Shown here: one piece after another, positions 7,296-16,280 of the stretch
Numbering within the stretch: position 1 is the first letter of the stretch
How the letters are laid out: the number at the start of each line of letters is the position of its first letter
Made by a program: the position numbers and the translations under genes
Notes under the pieces: model-generated
Seen by the model: the letters and a program-made list of their open reading frames with translations, nothing else
Told to the model about the DNA's origin: nothing
Database searches by the model: none
Assembly (NCBI GenBank): GCA_038228615.1
Contig: JBBRPC010000002.1
Location: 1 to 52,929, forward strand
Length of the DNA stretch: 52,929 bases
Direction of reading: 5' to 3'
DNA from: Acidimicrobiia bacterium
GTDB lineage: Bacteria; Actinomycetota; Acidimicrobiia; IMCC26256; PALSA-610

Positions 7296-7778
7296 GTGAT
7301 CTCGACGGCGTTCGCGGAGCAGCTGATGGTGGTTGCGCTCGCCGAAGCTGAACAGGCAGCGGAACACGGTGACGTTCCTGTGGGCGCTGTTGTGGCGTAC
7401 GAAGAAGTTGATGGCGCCGTTGTGATGCTCGCCTCGGCACACAACCGCCGAGTACTTGACCAGGACCCCACCGCACACGCAGAGATCCTGGCGCTGCGCG
7501 AGGCGTCGCGAATTCGCGGCAGTTGGCGTCTCAGTGACTGCGTGCTCGTGGTCACACTGGAACCGTGTCCGATGTGTGCCGGTGCTGCCGTCGCAGCGCG
7601 AATTGGTGCGATCGTCTTTGGTGCGTCGGACCCAAAGGCCGGCGCGTGCGGAACGCTGTACAACCTCGCGTCCGACCCGCGGCTCAATCACAATTGCGAC
7701 GTACTGCGCGGCATAGCCGCCCCCGAATGTTCGGAACTACTCAGCACTTTTTTTGCGCAGCGACGTGCGAACCACTGA
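7296..7778 (+). CDS. tadA: tRNA adenosine(34) deaminase
   Basis: The product contains the deaminase zinc motifs HAEILALREA and PCPMCAGA, and the length is typical (160 aa). Confidence 0.9.
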   Translation: MISTAFAEQLMVVALAEAEQAAEHGDVPVGAVVAYEEVDGAVVMLASAHNRRVLDQDPTAHAEILALREASRIRGSWRLSDCVLVVTLEPCPMCAGAAVAARIGAIVFGASDPKAGACGTLYNLASDPRLNHNCDVLRGIAAPECSELLSTFFAQRRANH

Positions 7779-7796
7779 CGCCTGCGAAAGGGCGGG

Positions 7797-7825
7797 GGTG
7801 TGGTGCAATCGGGCGGTACCACACC
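7797..7825. terminator. Hairpin between convergent tadA and the response-regulator gene
   Basis: GGTGTGGT (7797-7804) pairs with ACCACACC (7818-7825) across a 13-nt loop. Further small hairpins follow, for example CGTCTC-TAGC-GAGACG. There is no clear U-tract. Confidence 0.35.
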
Positions 7826-7955
7826 ACACACCCCGCGATCTTGCTGCGCGTCGACACACGCGTGTAGTGAGTATCGCATCACGAACTGCGGTGCACTAGA
7901 TCCATCGTCTCTAGCGAGACGTAGTGTGTTTGTACTAGTTGTCATCCACAAGTTG

Positions 7956-8606
7956 TCAGGGCATTTCGGACAGCAACCCTCTCGAACGAGCGATCGCCAC
8001 AGCTTCGAGTCGGGAATGCGCGCTCAATTTCTGGAGAACGTTTTGTACGTGATTGCGCACAGTGTTACGCGAGACCTGCAAGGTCGCGGCGATCGATTCG
8101 TTGCTGGCGCCCGCAGCAAGGAGTCGCAACGTCTCGGTTTCTCGCGGTGTGAGCGAAACCCTGGCGCGCTCACCGTCGTCGGGCACGACGCGGGCCAGTA
8201 AGTGGCGGGGAAATACAGCCTGTCCCGACGCGACGGCGCGCACCGCGGCGAGTACGTCATCGAGACCTTGATCTTTGGTGACGTAGCCGGCGCAACCAGC
8301 CTTCATCGCGTCGATGATCGTGCGTTCGGCCACCGACGCAGTCAGCACGATCACTTGGGTCGCAGGAGCCTGCGTGGTGATCGACCGGATGAGCGTTGCG
8401 CCGACCACATCGGGCAGCTGATAGTCGAGCAACACAACTCCTGGCTGATACTCGTCGATGTACCGCAACGCCTCTGCGCCGTTGCGGGCGACTCCAACGA
8501 CATTGATGTCGGGCGTGCCCTTCAGTGCCGCTGCCAGACTTTGTGCAAAGACCGCATGATCATCCACCACCAGCACATCAATGACTTCCGTATCGGCTGT
8601 GATCAT
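7956..8606 (-). CDS. NarL/LuxR-family response regulator (receiver plus HTH), with no adjacent histidine kinase
   Basis: The receiver reads VLVVDDHAVFAQSL...VVLLDYQLPD...VIVLTA and the LuxR HTH reads LTPRETETLRLLAAGASNESIAATLQVSRNTVRNHVQNVLQKL. I chose the start at ATG 8606 because the longer ORF (to 8741) would overlap the tRNA. Confidence 0.85.
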   Translation of the reverse strand: MITADTEVIDVLVVDDHAVFAQSLAAALKGTPDINVVGVARNGAEALRYIDEYQPGVVLLDYQLPDVVGATLIRSITTQAPATQVIVLTASVAERTIIDAMKAGCAGYVTKDQGLDDVLAAVRAVASGQAVFPRHLLARVVPDDGERARVSLTPRETETLRLLAAGASNESIAATLQVSRNTVRNHVQNVLQKLSAHSRLEAVAIARSRGLLSEMP

Positions 8607-8687
8607 CGTGTCATTGTGCCAGCCGATGGTGCGGTGAAGCGATCGCGGCTCGGAATTGGGTGCCGGCGTTCGCCTAAGATCGTCGAC

Positions 8688-8775
8688 GGAGGGATGCGAG
8701 AGCGGCCGAATCGGATGGTCTCGAAAACCATTGTGGCGCAAGTCACCCTGGGTTCAAATCCCAGTCCCTCCGCCA
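8688..8775 (+). tRNA. tRNA-Ser (anticodon CGA), class II with a long variable arm and an encoded CCA
   Basis: The acceptor arms are GGAGGGA/TCCCTCC. The anticodon stem ATGGT/ACCAT carries loop CTCGAAA. The variable arm is GTGGC-GCAA-GTCAC, the T-arm is CTGGG-TTCAAAT-CCCAG, and the end is G-CCA. Confidence 0.92.
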
Positions 8776-8784
8776 GATACGCCC

Positions 8785-8813
8785 GCGGGGGTAGCGAGCC
8801 TGCTCACCCCCGC
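8785..8813 (+). terminator. GC-rich hairpin immediately downstream of tRNA-Ser
   Basis: GCGGGGGT (8785-8792) pairs with ACCCCCGC (8806-8813). No U-tail follows. Confidence 0.35.
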
Positions 8814-8876
8814 CGGGCACGCTCTGTTCAGTGGCCAGTGAATCGACGGCCTTGGCACCGGTCGTAGCATGTTGCT

Positions 8877-9245
8877 ATGCCGACGCACCCGCAGCAACGC
8901 GACGAAGCGCGCGAACCTACGGGCCCGTTCCAGCGTGACGATGTCCTTGTCGAACTCACCAGAGTCGATGCCTTCGAAGCGGAAGTCGCCGCAGTGCGGC
9001 TGCGCGGCGCGGGTATTCCAGCGGCTGTCTTTGGCGTCGGTACCGCGGGCCAGCTCAGTGCAGTGCAATACACCGAGGGTTCACGCGTCATGGTTCGCAG
9101 CTGCGACCGCGAGGCTGCAGCGACCGTGATTGCAGAACTTTTCGGAGACGGTTCTTCGCCAGACCCAATCGACGACGATGAGCTTGGTGCGCTGGCCGAG
9201 GAATCGAAAGGTTGGTCGGATCCCAGCACCGGCGCAGTCGTCTGA
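8877..9245 (+). CDS. Hypothetical protein, possibly DUF2007-like (small signal-transduction-like fold)
   Basis: The 122-aa product contains VELTRVDAFEAEVAAVRLRGAGIPAAVFG...VMVRSCDREAAATVI, which resembles the DUF2007 beta-alpha-beta pattern. The acidic tail is low-complexity. Confidence 0.4.
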   Translation: MPTHPQQRDEAREPTGPFQRDDVLVELTRVDAFEAEVAAVRLRGAGIPAAVFGVGTAGQLSAVQYTEGSRVMVRSCDREAAATVIAELFGDGSSPDPIDDDELGALAEESKGWSDPSTGAVV

Positions 9246-9283
9246 TGGCTGCAGACTGAGCGGTGCCTGCGCCTTTGGGCGGC

Positions 9284-10138
9284 TCAGATGCCGAGGTTGT
9301 CGCAAATTTCTCGCGTTGCGGTGGCCAGGTTCAATGTGAAGAATTGAAAGCCGGGGACGCCTGCCGCGCGAAGTTCTTCGCAGAGCTTCGTCGCTTCCTC
9401 GACGCCGACGGCGCGAATGGCGGCGGGACCTTGGTCTTCGACTGCGTAGAGCTTGGCGGCCAGCCATTCGGGGAAGTCTGAGCCCTGGAGTTGGGCCATG
9501 CGCGCGATGCTGGCGATGCTGGTGGCCGGCATGATTCCAGCGATGACTGGTTTCGTGACGCCGCGCGTTGCGAGCCCGTCGATGAGGTCGAAATAGTGAC
9601 GGGCCTCGAAGAAGAATTGCGTAATTGCGAAGTCGGCAGCGTCAAGTTTTGCCGCAGTGTGATCACGATCTGCTGCGATGCTTGGAGACTTCGGGTGTGG
9701 CTCGGGATGGGCAGCAACACCGATGCTGAAATCTCCGACGGTCCGCAACAGCGCAACGAGTTCGCTCGAGTATTGCAGTTCGCCGGGGGGACCCTCGTGT
9801 CCTGCCGGCGGGTCACCGCCGAGTGCCAGAATGTTTTCAATTCCGGCAACGCGGTATTGCTCAATCAGCGAGAGTAAGTCGGCTTTGGTGTGCGCCGCGC
9901 ATGTGAGATGCGGCATCGCCGTAATACCCATTGCGTTGTTGATTTCGACCACGAGATCGTACGTGCGACCTCGAGTTGAGCCGCCAGCACCGTAGGTAAC
10001 TGACAAGTACGACGGATCGCGAAGTTTGAGTTCGGCCAACGTACGCGCGAGTGTCGCTTCGCCTTTCTCATCGCGCGGCGGGCCGAATTCGAATGAACAA
10101 GTAGGTCCGGCGCGAAGAAGTTCAGGGATGTGGGCCAT
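9284..10138 (-). CDS. metF: Methylenetetrahydrofolate reductase
   Basis: The product contains SFEFGPPRDEKG...SVTYGAGGSTRGRTYDLV...MPHLTCAAHTK...ILALGGDPP, the canonical MTHFR motifs. Confidence 0.9.
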   Translation of the reverse strand: MAHIPELLRAGPTCSFEFGPPRDEKGEATLARTLAELKLRDPSYLSVTYGAGGSTRGRTYDLVVEINNAMGITAMPHLTCAAHTKADLLSLIEQYRVAGIENILALGGDPPAGHEGPPGELQYSSELVALLRTVGDFSIGVAAHPEPHPKSPSIAADRDHTAAKLDAADFAITQFFFEARHYFDLIDGLATRGVTKPVIAGIMPATSIASIARMAQLQGSDFPEWLAAKLYAVEDQGPAAIRAVGVEEATKLCEELRAAGVPGFQFFTLNLATATREICDNLGI

Positions 10139-10164
10139 GGGCCAAGGATGCTACCGATGTAGGG

Positions 10165-12366
10165 CTACTGAGTGCCGCGGATACCTTGAAAGCGCCGGAG
10201 TCGCAGCGAATTACTGACAACGAACACCGAGGAGAACCCCATTGTTCCGGCGGCAATCATCGGGTTCAAGAGTCCGAACGCCGCGAGGGGAATTGCCGCG
10301 GCGTTGTAGGCGAAGGCCCAAAACAGATTGCCTTTGATTGTGCGCAGTGTTCTGCGGGCCAGCGCGATCGCGTCTGCCGCGGCACGTAGGTCGCCAGCGA
10401 CGAGCGTGAGATCGCCTGCCTCGATCGCAATATCGGAACCGGTGCCCATGGCGATACCGAGATCGGCAGCAGCGAGGGCTGGCGCGTCGTTCACGCCGTC
10501 GCCGACCACCGCGACTTTCTTGTTGGCCGCTTGCAATTCGTGGACGACATCCACTTTCCCGGATGGCAACGTTTCCGCGACGACTCTGTCGATTCCAACT
10601 TCGTCGGCGACCGCGCGGGCGGCAAGAAGATTGTCGCCGGTCACCATGACTACCTCGACGCCGAGGTCGTGCAGCGCGGCAACGGCAGCCTTCGACGTGG
10701 CGCGAATTGTGTCGGCGACGACAAACACAGCTTCGGCTGTCGCGGCGGCATTGCGTTCGCGTCCGAAGAATATTGGTGTCCGTCCGAGTTGTGCTGCGGA
10801 TGCTGCAGCGTCGGCCAACGCCTTCGGGACGGCGTCGAACATTGATGACCGTCCGACACGGACGGAGATCCCGGCGAGGGTCGCGTGCACGCCGAATCCA
10901 ACCTCGGATCGAAATGCGGTCGGCGACACAAGGTTGATTGCTCGGTCGCGAGCTCCTTGGGCGATCGCTTTGGCGATGGGATGCTCAGACGCGTCCTCAG
11001 CTGAGGCTGCCAGACGGAGGGCTTCGTCGGCGCCGATTCCTTGCACGGTCGGATCACCGATGAGCTCCATCTGACCCCGGGTGATTGTTCCCGTCTTGTC
11101 GAGAATTACCGCGTCGATTCGTCGCGTTGCTTCGAGAACTTCTCCGCCTTTGATGATGATTCCGAGCTGCGCGCCGCGGCCAGTACCAACCATCAGCGCG
11201 GTTGGTGTTGCGAGCCCAAGCGCACACGGACAAGCGATGATCAACACGGCGACCGCGGCCGTAAACGCGTCGTTGGCTGTGTGCCCGGTGAACAGCCACG
11301 CCGCTAGGGTTCCGAATGCGATCAGCATCACCACCGGCACAAACACGCTTGCGATCTGATCGGCGAGGCGCTGGACATCTGCCTTCGAACCCTGAGCCGT
11401 CGCGACAAGCTTGGCGATTTTGGCAAGCGCCGTGTGTTCGCCAACGGAGGTCGCCTCGACGACGATGCGTCCGGATTGATTGATTGTCGCTCCGAACACC
11501 GCATCGCCGATACCAACTTCAGCCGGGACGGGTTCGCCGGTGAGCATTGAGATGTCAATCGCTGTCGTGCCGTCGCGCACGATGCCATCGGTGGCAATTT
11601 GTTCACCCGGTCGGACGACGAACTGGTCGCCGATTTCCAGGCTCGCAATGGGAATCTCTTCGCCGCCCACGAGGCGCGCCGTTTTTGCTCCGAGCGCAAG
11701 CAACCCGCGCAGCGAATCTCCTGCCCGACGTCGGGAACGATGCTCGAACCATCGACCCAACAGGATCAGGGTCACGATGACAGCGCCGGTCTCGAAGTAC
11801 ACCTGTGGCCGGTCGCTCATCGACATCACGTCATGATGATCGGCGGCGCCGAGAAACACGAGTGCGACAACAGACCAGATATATGCGGCAATGGAACCGA
11901 TGGATACCAACGTGTCCATCGTGACGGCTCCGTGGCGAGCGTTCAGCACAGTCGCGCGATGAAACGGCCACGCGCAATAGGTGATCACCGGAGTTGCGAG
12001 CGCGAACGCGACCCATTCCCAGTTCTCGAAATGCCATGCGTCGATCATCGAAATCAACAAGAGCGGAACTGTGAACGTTGCCGCGACGAACACGGTCGTG
12101 CGAAGGTCGTTGCTCTCCGCCTCGCTGGTATCCGCCGCAGCGGCTTCCGGCACGGCGTAGCCGAGCGTCTCGATCTTGGTCCGGAATTCCGCTGGACCGA
12201 TTGTGGTCGGGTCGAACGTCACGGCAGCGCGTTCAGTCGCGTAGTTGACAGCGGCGGTTTCCACGCCGTCGAGTCGTGAGAGTCCTCGCTCGATGCGTGC
12301 TGCACACGACGCGCAGGTCATCCCGGTGATGGGGATTTCGATTTGCTCCATGACGACGGCTGCCAT
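10165..12366 (-). CDS. copA: Copper-translocating P1B-type ATPase
   Basis: The N-terminal HMA domain reads GMTCASCAARIE. The transmembrane CPC motif (CPCALGLATP), the phosphorylation site DKTGTIT and the hinge GDGVNDAPAL are all present. Confidence 0.92.
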   Translation of the reverse strand: MAAVVMEQIEIPITGMTCASCAARIERGLSRLDGVETAAVNYATERAAVTFDPTTIGPAEFRTKIETLGYAVPEAAAADTSEAESNDLRTTVFVAATFTVPLLLISMIDAWHFENWEWVAFALATPVITYCAWPFHRATVLNARHGAVTMDTLVSIGSIAAYIWSVVALVFLGAADHHDVMSMSDRPQVYFETGAVIVTLILLGRWFEHRSRRRAGDSLRGLLALGAKTARLVGGEEIPIASLEIGDQFVVRPGEQIATDGIVRDGTTAIDISMLTGEPVPAEVGIGDAVFGATINQSGRIVVEATSVGEHTALAKIAKLVATAQGSKADVQRLADQIASVFVPVVMLIAFGTLAAWLFTGHTANDAFTAAVAVLIIACPCALGLATPTALMVGTGRGAQLGIIIKGGEVLEATRRIDAVILDKTGTITRGQMELIGDPTVQGIGADEALRLAASAEDASEHPIAKAIAQGARDRAINLVSPTAFRSEVGFGVHATLAGISVRVGRSSMFDAVPKALADAAASAAQLGRTPIFFGRERNAAATAEAVFVVADTIRATSKAAVAALHDLGVEVVMVTGDNLLAARAVADEVGIDRVVAETLPSGKVDVVHELQAANKKVAVVGDGVNDAPALAAADLGIAMGTGSDIAIEAGDLTLVAGDLRAAADAIALARRTLRTIKGNLFWAFAYNAAAIPLAAFGLLNPMIAAGTMGFSSVFVVSNSLRLRRFQGIRGTQ

Positions 12367-12419
12367 ACGATGTACTATACCCCCCTATCCTATTATTGTC
12401 TCCTATTGGTTCGGCACGG

Positions 12420-12731
12420 ATGCAGAACCAACGAACAGAAAGTGGCGAGATGCGCGGCTATTCGATGCACAAAGACGACTATCGCAATCGGTTGCGGCGT
12501 ATCGAGGGGCAGGTACGTGGCTTGGAGCGGATGATCGACGAAGACACGTATTGCATCGACATCCTGACGCAGATCGCCTCGGTCAGCAAGGCGTTGCAGG
12601 GCGTGGGGCTCGGACTGCTCGACGAGCATTTGCGGCATTGTGTGATGCACGCCGCAGAGGCAGACAGTGCCGAGGGCGATGCGAAAATTTCTGAGGCAGT
12701 GAAAGCAGTCGAACGATTGTTGAGAGCTTGA
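12420..12731 (+). CDS. csoR: CsoR/RcnR-family metal-sensing transcriptional repressor
   Basis: The product reads RLRRIEGQVRGLERMIDEDTYCIDILTQIASVSKALQGVGLGLLDEHLRHCV, with the conserved Cys...His-Cys ligand pattern. The start is uncertain (12396, 12420 or 12450). Confidence 0.85.
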   Translation: MQNQRTESGEMRGYSMHKDDYRNRLRRIEGQVRGLERMIDEDTYCIDILTQIASVSKALQGVGLGLLDEHLRHCVMHAAEADSAEGDAKISEAVKAVERLLRA

Positions 12732-12754
12732 CCATCGAAGAAGGACGGAATCGT

Positions 12755-13000
12755 ATGAGCATGACCGTGTATTCAGTTCCTGGAGTTACATGCGGGCATT
12801 GCAAGGCGGCGATCGAAACCGAGGTTTCCGCGGTACGCGGAGTCGATCGGGTCGTTGTTGATCTTGATGCCAAGATCGTGTCGGTCGAGGGTGATGCAGC
12901 CGACGCTGATATCCGCGCCGCGATCGACGAAGCGGGATACGACATCGACGACAATGCGCCAGGCCGAGCAGGCGCTCCGGGCGGTAGCCTGCTTCCATGA
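12755..13000 (+). CDS. copZ: Heavy-metal-associated (HMA) copper chaperone
   Basis: The product begins MSMTVYSVPGVTCGHCKAAIETEV, carrying the GxTCxxC motif. GAAGGA lies upstream of the ATG. Confidence 0.85.
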   Translation: MSMTVYSVPGVTCGHCKAAIETEVSAVRGVDRVVVDLDAKIVSVEGDAADADIRAAIDEAGYDIDDNAPGRAGAPGGSLLP

Positions 13001-14172
13001 CTGCAACGGAAGCAGAAGCGCCAAAAAAAGAGCGCTGGACCGCCTCGTGGAAGCATCTCTACGACGAGGTGGTGACGAGCGGTTTGTGTACCGGCTGCGC
13101 GGGATGCGTGGTGGTGTGTCCGCACGACGTGTTGGGCTACGACGACAAACTCGGCGTGTACAAGCCGCTCCAACTCGAAGATGAGTATGGCGGCGCTGGC
13201 GACTGCAGTCACGGCGACAAGGCCTGCACCACGTGTACGCGTGCGTGTCCGCGGTTCGGCATGTGGGAGCCGGAGATCGACGAGTTTCTGTTTGGGCGTC
13301 AACGTTCCAATGAGGAAGCATCCGGAATCTACAAAGACATCGTGTTGGCACGAGCCAGCGACCCTGTGCTGCACGAAGTTGGTCAAGACGGCGGCCTCGT
13401 CTCAGCGATGCTCGTGTACGCGCTCGAACACGACATCATCGATGCTGCGCTCGTGAGCTATCTCGAAGGCGATGGCACAAGCTGGAAGGCGATACCTGGT
13501 ATCGCCCGTACCCGCGATGACGTCATTGCCTCGGCGGGTTCGCGCTACACCTATAGCGCGAACACGATGGCCTACATGGACCTCGAAAAAGATGAAGAAC
13601 GTATTGCACTCGTTGGCATGAGCTGCCAATCGTCGTCGCCGGCCGTGATGAAGCAACGCAAAGCGGGCAAGGTTGCGCGGCGCATATCGCTCAACATCGG
13701 CCTCCTGTGTTCCAAGACATTTGACGACGCCATCTTCGAAGAGTTGTTCGAAGCGAAATACGGTTTGAAGAAACAAGACATGCGCAAGATGAACATCAAA
13801 GGCGTGTTCCAGATCTGGATGAAGAATGGCGACTACCACGAAGTGCCGTTGAAGGAATGCCACGCGTGGACTCGCGAGGGATGCAAAATGTGTCCGGATT
13901 TCGCTGCCGAACATGCCGATATTTCAACGGGTGGTATTGGCGCATTTAACGACTGGACGCTGACGATCGTCCGTACGGAAACCGGCCGCGACTTACTTGA
14001 GCGGATGCACAAGGATGGCTGGGTGGAACTGCGTCCCGGCGACGATGATCCCGGCGCGATCGAGCTGATGCACAAACTTTCGAAGAAGTCTCGGAAGCGG
14101 TGGCCTGAGTTTGCGATCGATGCTCCTCGGTTGTTGCCCACTCCGAAACCGAAACCAGAAGCGTCCGCTTGA
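12997..14172 (+). CDS. Coenzyme F420 hydrogenase/dehydrogenase beta-subunit (FrhB/FdhB/FpoF) family protein with an N-terminal ferredoxin-like Cys cluster
   Basis: The Cys motifs are CTGCAGCVVVCPHDV and CTTCTRACPRF. The central region reads GQDGGLVSAMLVYALE and the C-terminal region reads CKMCPDFAAEHADISTGG, both typical of FrhB_FdhB N and C domains. The ATG overlaps the copZ stop (ATGA at 12997-13000). Confidence 0.7.
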   Translation: MTATEAEAPKKERWTASWKHLYDEVVTSGLCTGCAGCVVVCPHDVLGYDDKLGVYKPLQLEDEYGGAGDCSHGDKACTTCTRACPRFGMWEPEIDEFLFGRQRSNEEASGIYKDIVLARASDPVLHEVGQDGGLVSAMLVYALEHDIIDAALVSYLEGDGTSWKAIPGIARTRDDVIASAGSRYTYSANTMAYMDLEKDEERIALVGMSCQSSSPAVMKQRKAGKVARRISLNIGLLCSKTFDDAIFEELFEAKYGLKKQDMRKMNIKGVFQIWMKNGDYHEVPLKECHAWTREGCKMCPDFAAEHADISTGGIGAFNDWTLTIVRTETGRDLLERMHKDGWVELRPGDDDPGAIELMHKLSKKSRKRWPEFAIDAPRLLPTPKPKPEASA

Positions 14173-14522
14173 GTCGAGGGATACAGGTCGTGGCATTCGT
14201 TGACGATCTGATGGACCGCAGCCGAGTGAGTAGTGCGATCCCTGGCGCAAGATTCATGCGTTCGGTCGATGATTTGGTCGCGGCCCGCGACGAGGCACCG
14301 GCGTCTACGCGCGCGGCTGATATTGATGTTGTGGTGATCGATCTTGCGCGCTACCTCGACGCGGTCGGTGCGATTCGTGCGACGCTGCCGGGCGCGACGC
14401 TGATTGGCTTCGCTCCGCACGTCGATGGTCACGCCCGCGACGAATCGCGTTCGGGAACCGACGTCGTGATGCCGAGGAGCAAATTCTTCCACGATGTTCG
14501 CGCTGCCGTTGGTTACTCCTGA
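14169..14522 (+). CDS. Hypothetical small protein, possibly with a CheY-like receiver fold
   Basis: The TTG at 14169 overlaps the FrhB-like stop (TTGA). The pattern VVAFVDDL...DVVVIDLA...TLIGFAPHVD...GTDVVMPRSKF loosely follows receiver-domain secondary-structure landmarks. Confidence 0.35.
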   Translation: MSRGIQVVAFVDDLMDRSRVSSAIPGARFMRSVDDLVAARDEAPASTRAADIDVVVIDLARYLDAVGAIRATLPGATLIGFAPHVDGHARDESRSGTDVVMPRSKFFHDVRAAVGYS

Positions 14523-14549
14523 GTAGAAACGACACTGATGTAACTCTGT

Positions 14550-16274
14550 GTGAGTGTTGTGGTCAGAGAAATCGTGACCAGCCTCACCAGCACCAACTCA
14601 TCCTTGCGTTCGTCCAGCCTCATTGCTCGTATCGAAGCCGTCGCTGCAGGCGACAGCTCCATCACGTTCGTCGGCTCCGCCGCGGCGAGCGGCGAAGCCG
14701 AGTCGGTGCTGTGGAAGGATCTGTACGCCGAAGCGCGGTGTTTCGCGTCGGTGTTGCAATCTCGTGGGGTCGCGCCAGGGACACACGTCGCCATCCTCGG
14801 GCCGACGACACGGGCGCTCGTGACAGCAATCGAAGCGACCTGGCTTGCTGGCGCTGCAGCCGTGATGTTGCCGCTACCGATGCGCCTCGCCTCGATCGAC
14901 GAGTTCGTTGATGCAACACGAATCCGAATTCACGATAGCGACGCGGTGGTGCTGCTCATTGACGATCAGCTTGCTGACTTCCTCGACGAACGCCCGGGCG
15001 ATCCGCCGGTGTTGCGGCTCGGTGACCTAGCTGGCGAAGCTGCGGACCTGACTGCAGATGCCTATGTTCGGCCCACTGACGAACCCGATGCGCTCGCGAT
15101 TCTGCAGTACACGAGTGGGTCGACGAGCGACCCGAAGGGCGTCATGCTTCCCCATCGCTGCGTCACGGCGAATATCGATGCGATCGTGCGTGGCGGCGAT
15201 ATTCGAAGCGGTCGCGACGTGGGCGTCTCGTGGCTTCCGCTGTATCACGACATGGGTCTTATCGGTCTGTTGGCGATGCCGATGTGTACGGGAATCGACC
15301 TGGTGCTCTCTGCGCCCCAGGATTTCTTGGCAGCGCCGAGTCGTTGGATGGAATGGATCTCGCATTACGGCGGGACAGTCACCGCCGGACCAAACTTTTC
15401 GTATGTACTCGCGACGCGTTCACTGAAACGTCTTGAGAATCTTGATCTTTCGCAGTGGCGTGTCGCGCTCAACGGTGCGGAGCCGGTTGATCCCGCAACG
15501 ATGCGCGCGTTCGTCGAAGCCGGGGAACGGCACGGTCTACGTCCTGGCGCTGTGTTTCCAGCTTTCGGAATGGCAGAAGCGACGCTTGGCGTGACGTTCC
15601 CCGCCCCTGGCGCCGGGTTGAATGTCGATCGAGTCGATCGGCGCGTGTTGGAGACCGATCACTACGCGGCACCGGTTGTCGCTGGCTATGACGACTGTCG
15701 CGAACTCGCGAAACTTGGTCGGGCAATGTTCAACCTCGAAATCCGCATCTGTGATCGCGCGACCGGTGCGGTGATGGACGATCGTGAAGTCGGCGAGCTC
15801 GAAGTCCGCGGTGACTCCGTCACACCGGGCTATTACAAGCGTCCCGAAATCACTGCCGCGACGTTCCACGATGGATGGTTGCGTACTGGTGATCTTGGGT
15901 ACTTGGTTGATGGTGAACTCGTCGTGTGTGGACGCATCAAGGATGTGATCATCCTCGGTGGTCGCAATGTGTATCCCCAGGATGTGGAGCGAGCTGTCAA
16001 CGACGTTGACGGAGTTCGGTCCGGCAACGTGATCGCCTTTGGGACGCCCGGCCGTCGCGGCAAGGAATCTCTTGTGGTTGTTGCCGAAACGAAAGAGTCG
16101 GAACTCGAGACGGTCCGCGATGCGATCAAAAACGCTGTGTACGGAGCCGTTGGCTTACCGGCGGAGGCGATCGTCTTGGTCAGCCCCGGTTCGCTGCCCA
16201 AGACGTCGAGCGGCAAGCTGCAACGATCGCTCTGTAAATCTCGTTACCTCGACGAATCGCTGTCACCGGCGTAA
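14550..16274 (+). CDS. Fatty acyl-AMP ligase / acyl-CoA synthetase (FadD-like adenylate-forming enzyme)
   Basis: The AMP-binding motif reads ILQYTSGSTSDPKGVMLPH. Also present are WLPLYHDMGLI, GDLGYLVDGELVVCGRIKDVIILGGRNVYPQDVE and a C-terminal LPKTSSGKLQR. Confidence 0.85.
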   Translation: MSVVVREIVTSLTSTNSSLRSSSLIARIEAVAAGDSSITFVGSAAASGEAESVLWKDLYAEARCFASVLQSRGVAPGTHVAILGPTTRALVTAIEATWLAGAAAVMLPLPMRLASIDEFVDATRIRIHDSDAVVLLIDDQLADFLDERPGDPPVLRLGDLAGEAADLTADAYVRPTDEPDALAILQYTSGSTSDPKGVMLPHRCVTANIDAIVRGGDIRSGRDVGVSWLPLYHDMGLIGLLAMPMCTGIDLVLSAPQDFLAAPSRWMEWISHYGGTVTAGPNFSYVLATRSLKRLENLDLSQWRVALNGAEPVDPATMRAFVEAGERHGLRPGAVFPAFGMAEATLGVTFPAPGAGLNVDRVDRRVLETDHYAAPVVAGYDDCRELAKLGRAMFNLEIRICDRATGAVMDDREVGELEVRGDSVTPGYYKRPEITAATFHDGWLRTGDLGYLVDGELVVCGRIKDVIILGGRNVYPQDVERAVNDVDGVRSGNVIAFGTPGRRGKESLVVVAETKESELETVRDAIKNAVYGAVGLPAEAIVLVSPGSLPKTSSGKLQRSLCKSRYLDESLSPA

Positions 16275-16280
16275 ATAGTT

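Noticed and set aside
7956-8741. The long form (261 aa) of the response-regulator ORF.
   Set aside because: The extra 45 N-terminal codons overlap the tRNA-Ser gene and lack receiver-domain sequence. The ATG at 8606 gives a canonical receiver N-terminus.
8688-8775. tRNA-Ser(CGA) as the integration site of a second mobile element.
   Set aside because: There is no integrase, no direct repeat of its 3' end and no foreign-looking genes downstream. DUF2007-like, metF and copA follow. The tRNA-like 22-mer at 2467-2488 differs from it at two positions, so it is not its att partner.
12377-12388. ATACCCCCCTAT in the copA/csoR divergent spacer as a CsoR operator.
   Set aside because: Known CsoR operators are C-tract/G-tract pseudo-palindromes (TACCCC...GGGGTA). 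Only the C-tract half is present here, with no matching G-tract nearby, so I cannot support a site call. It is still the most likely place to look.
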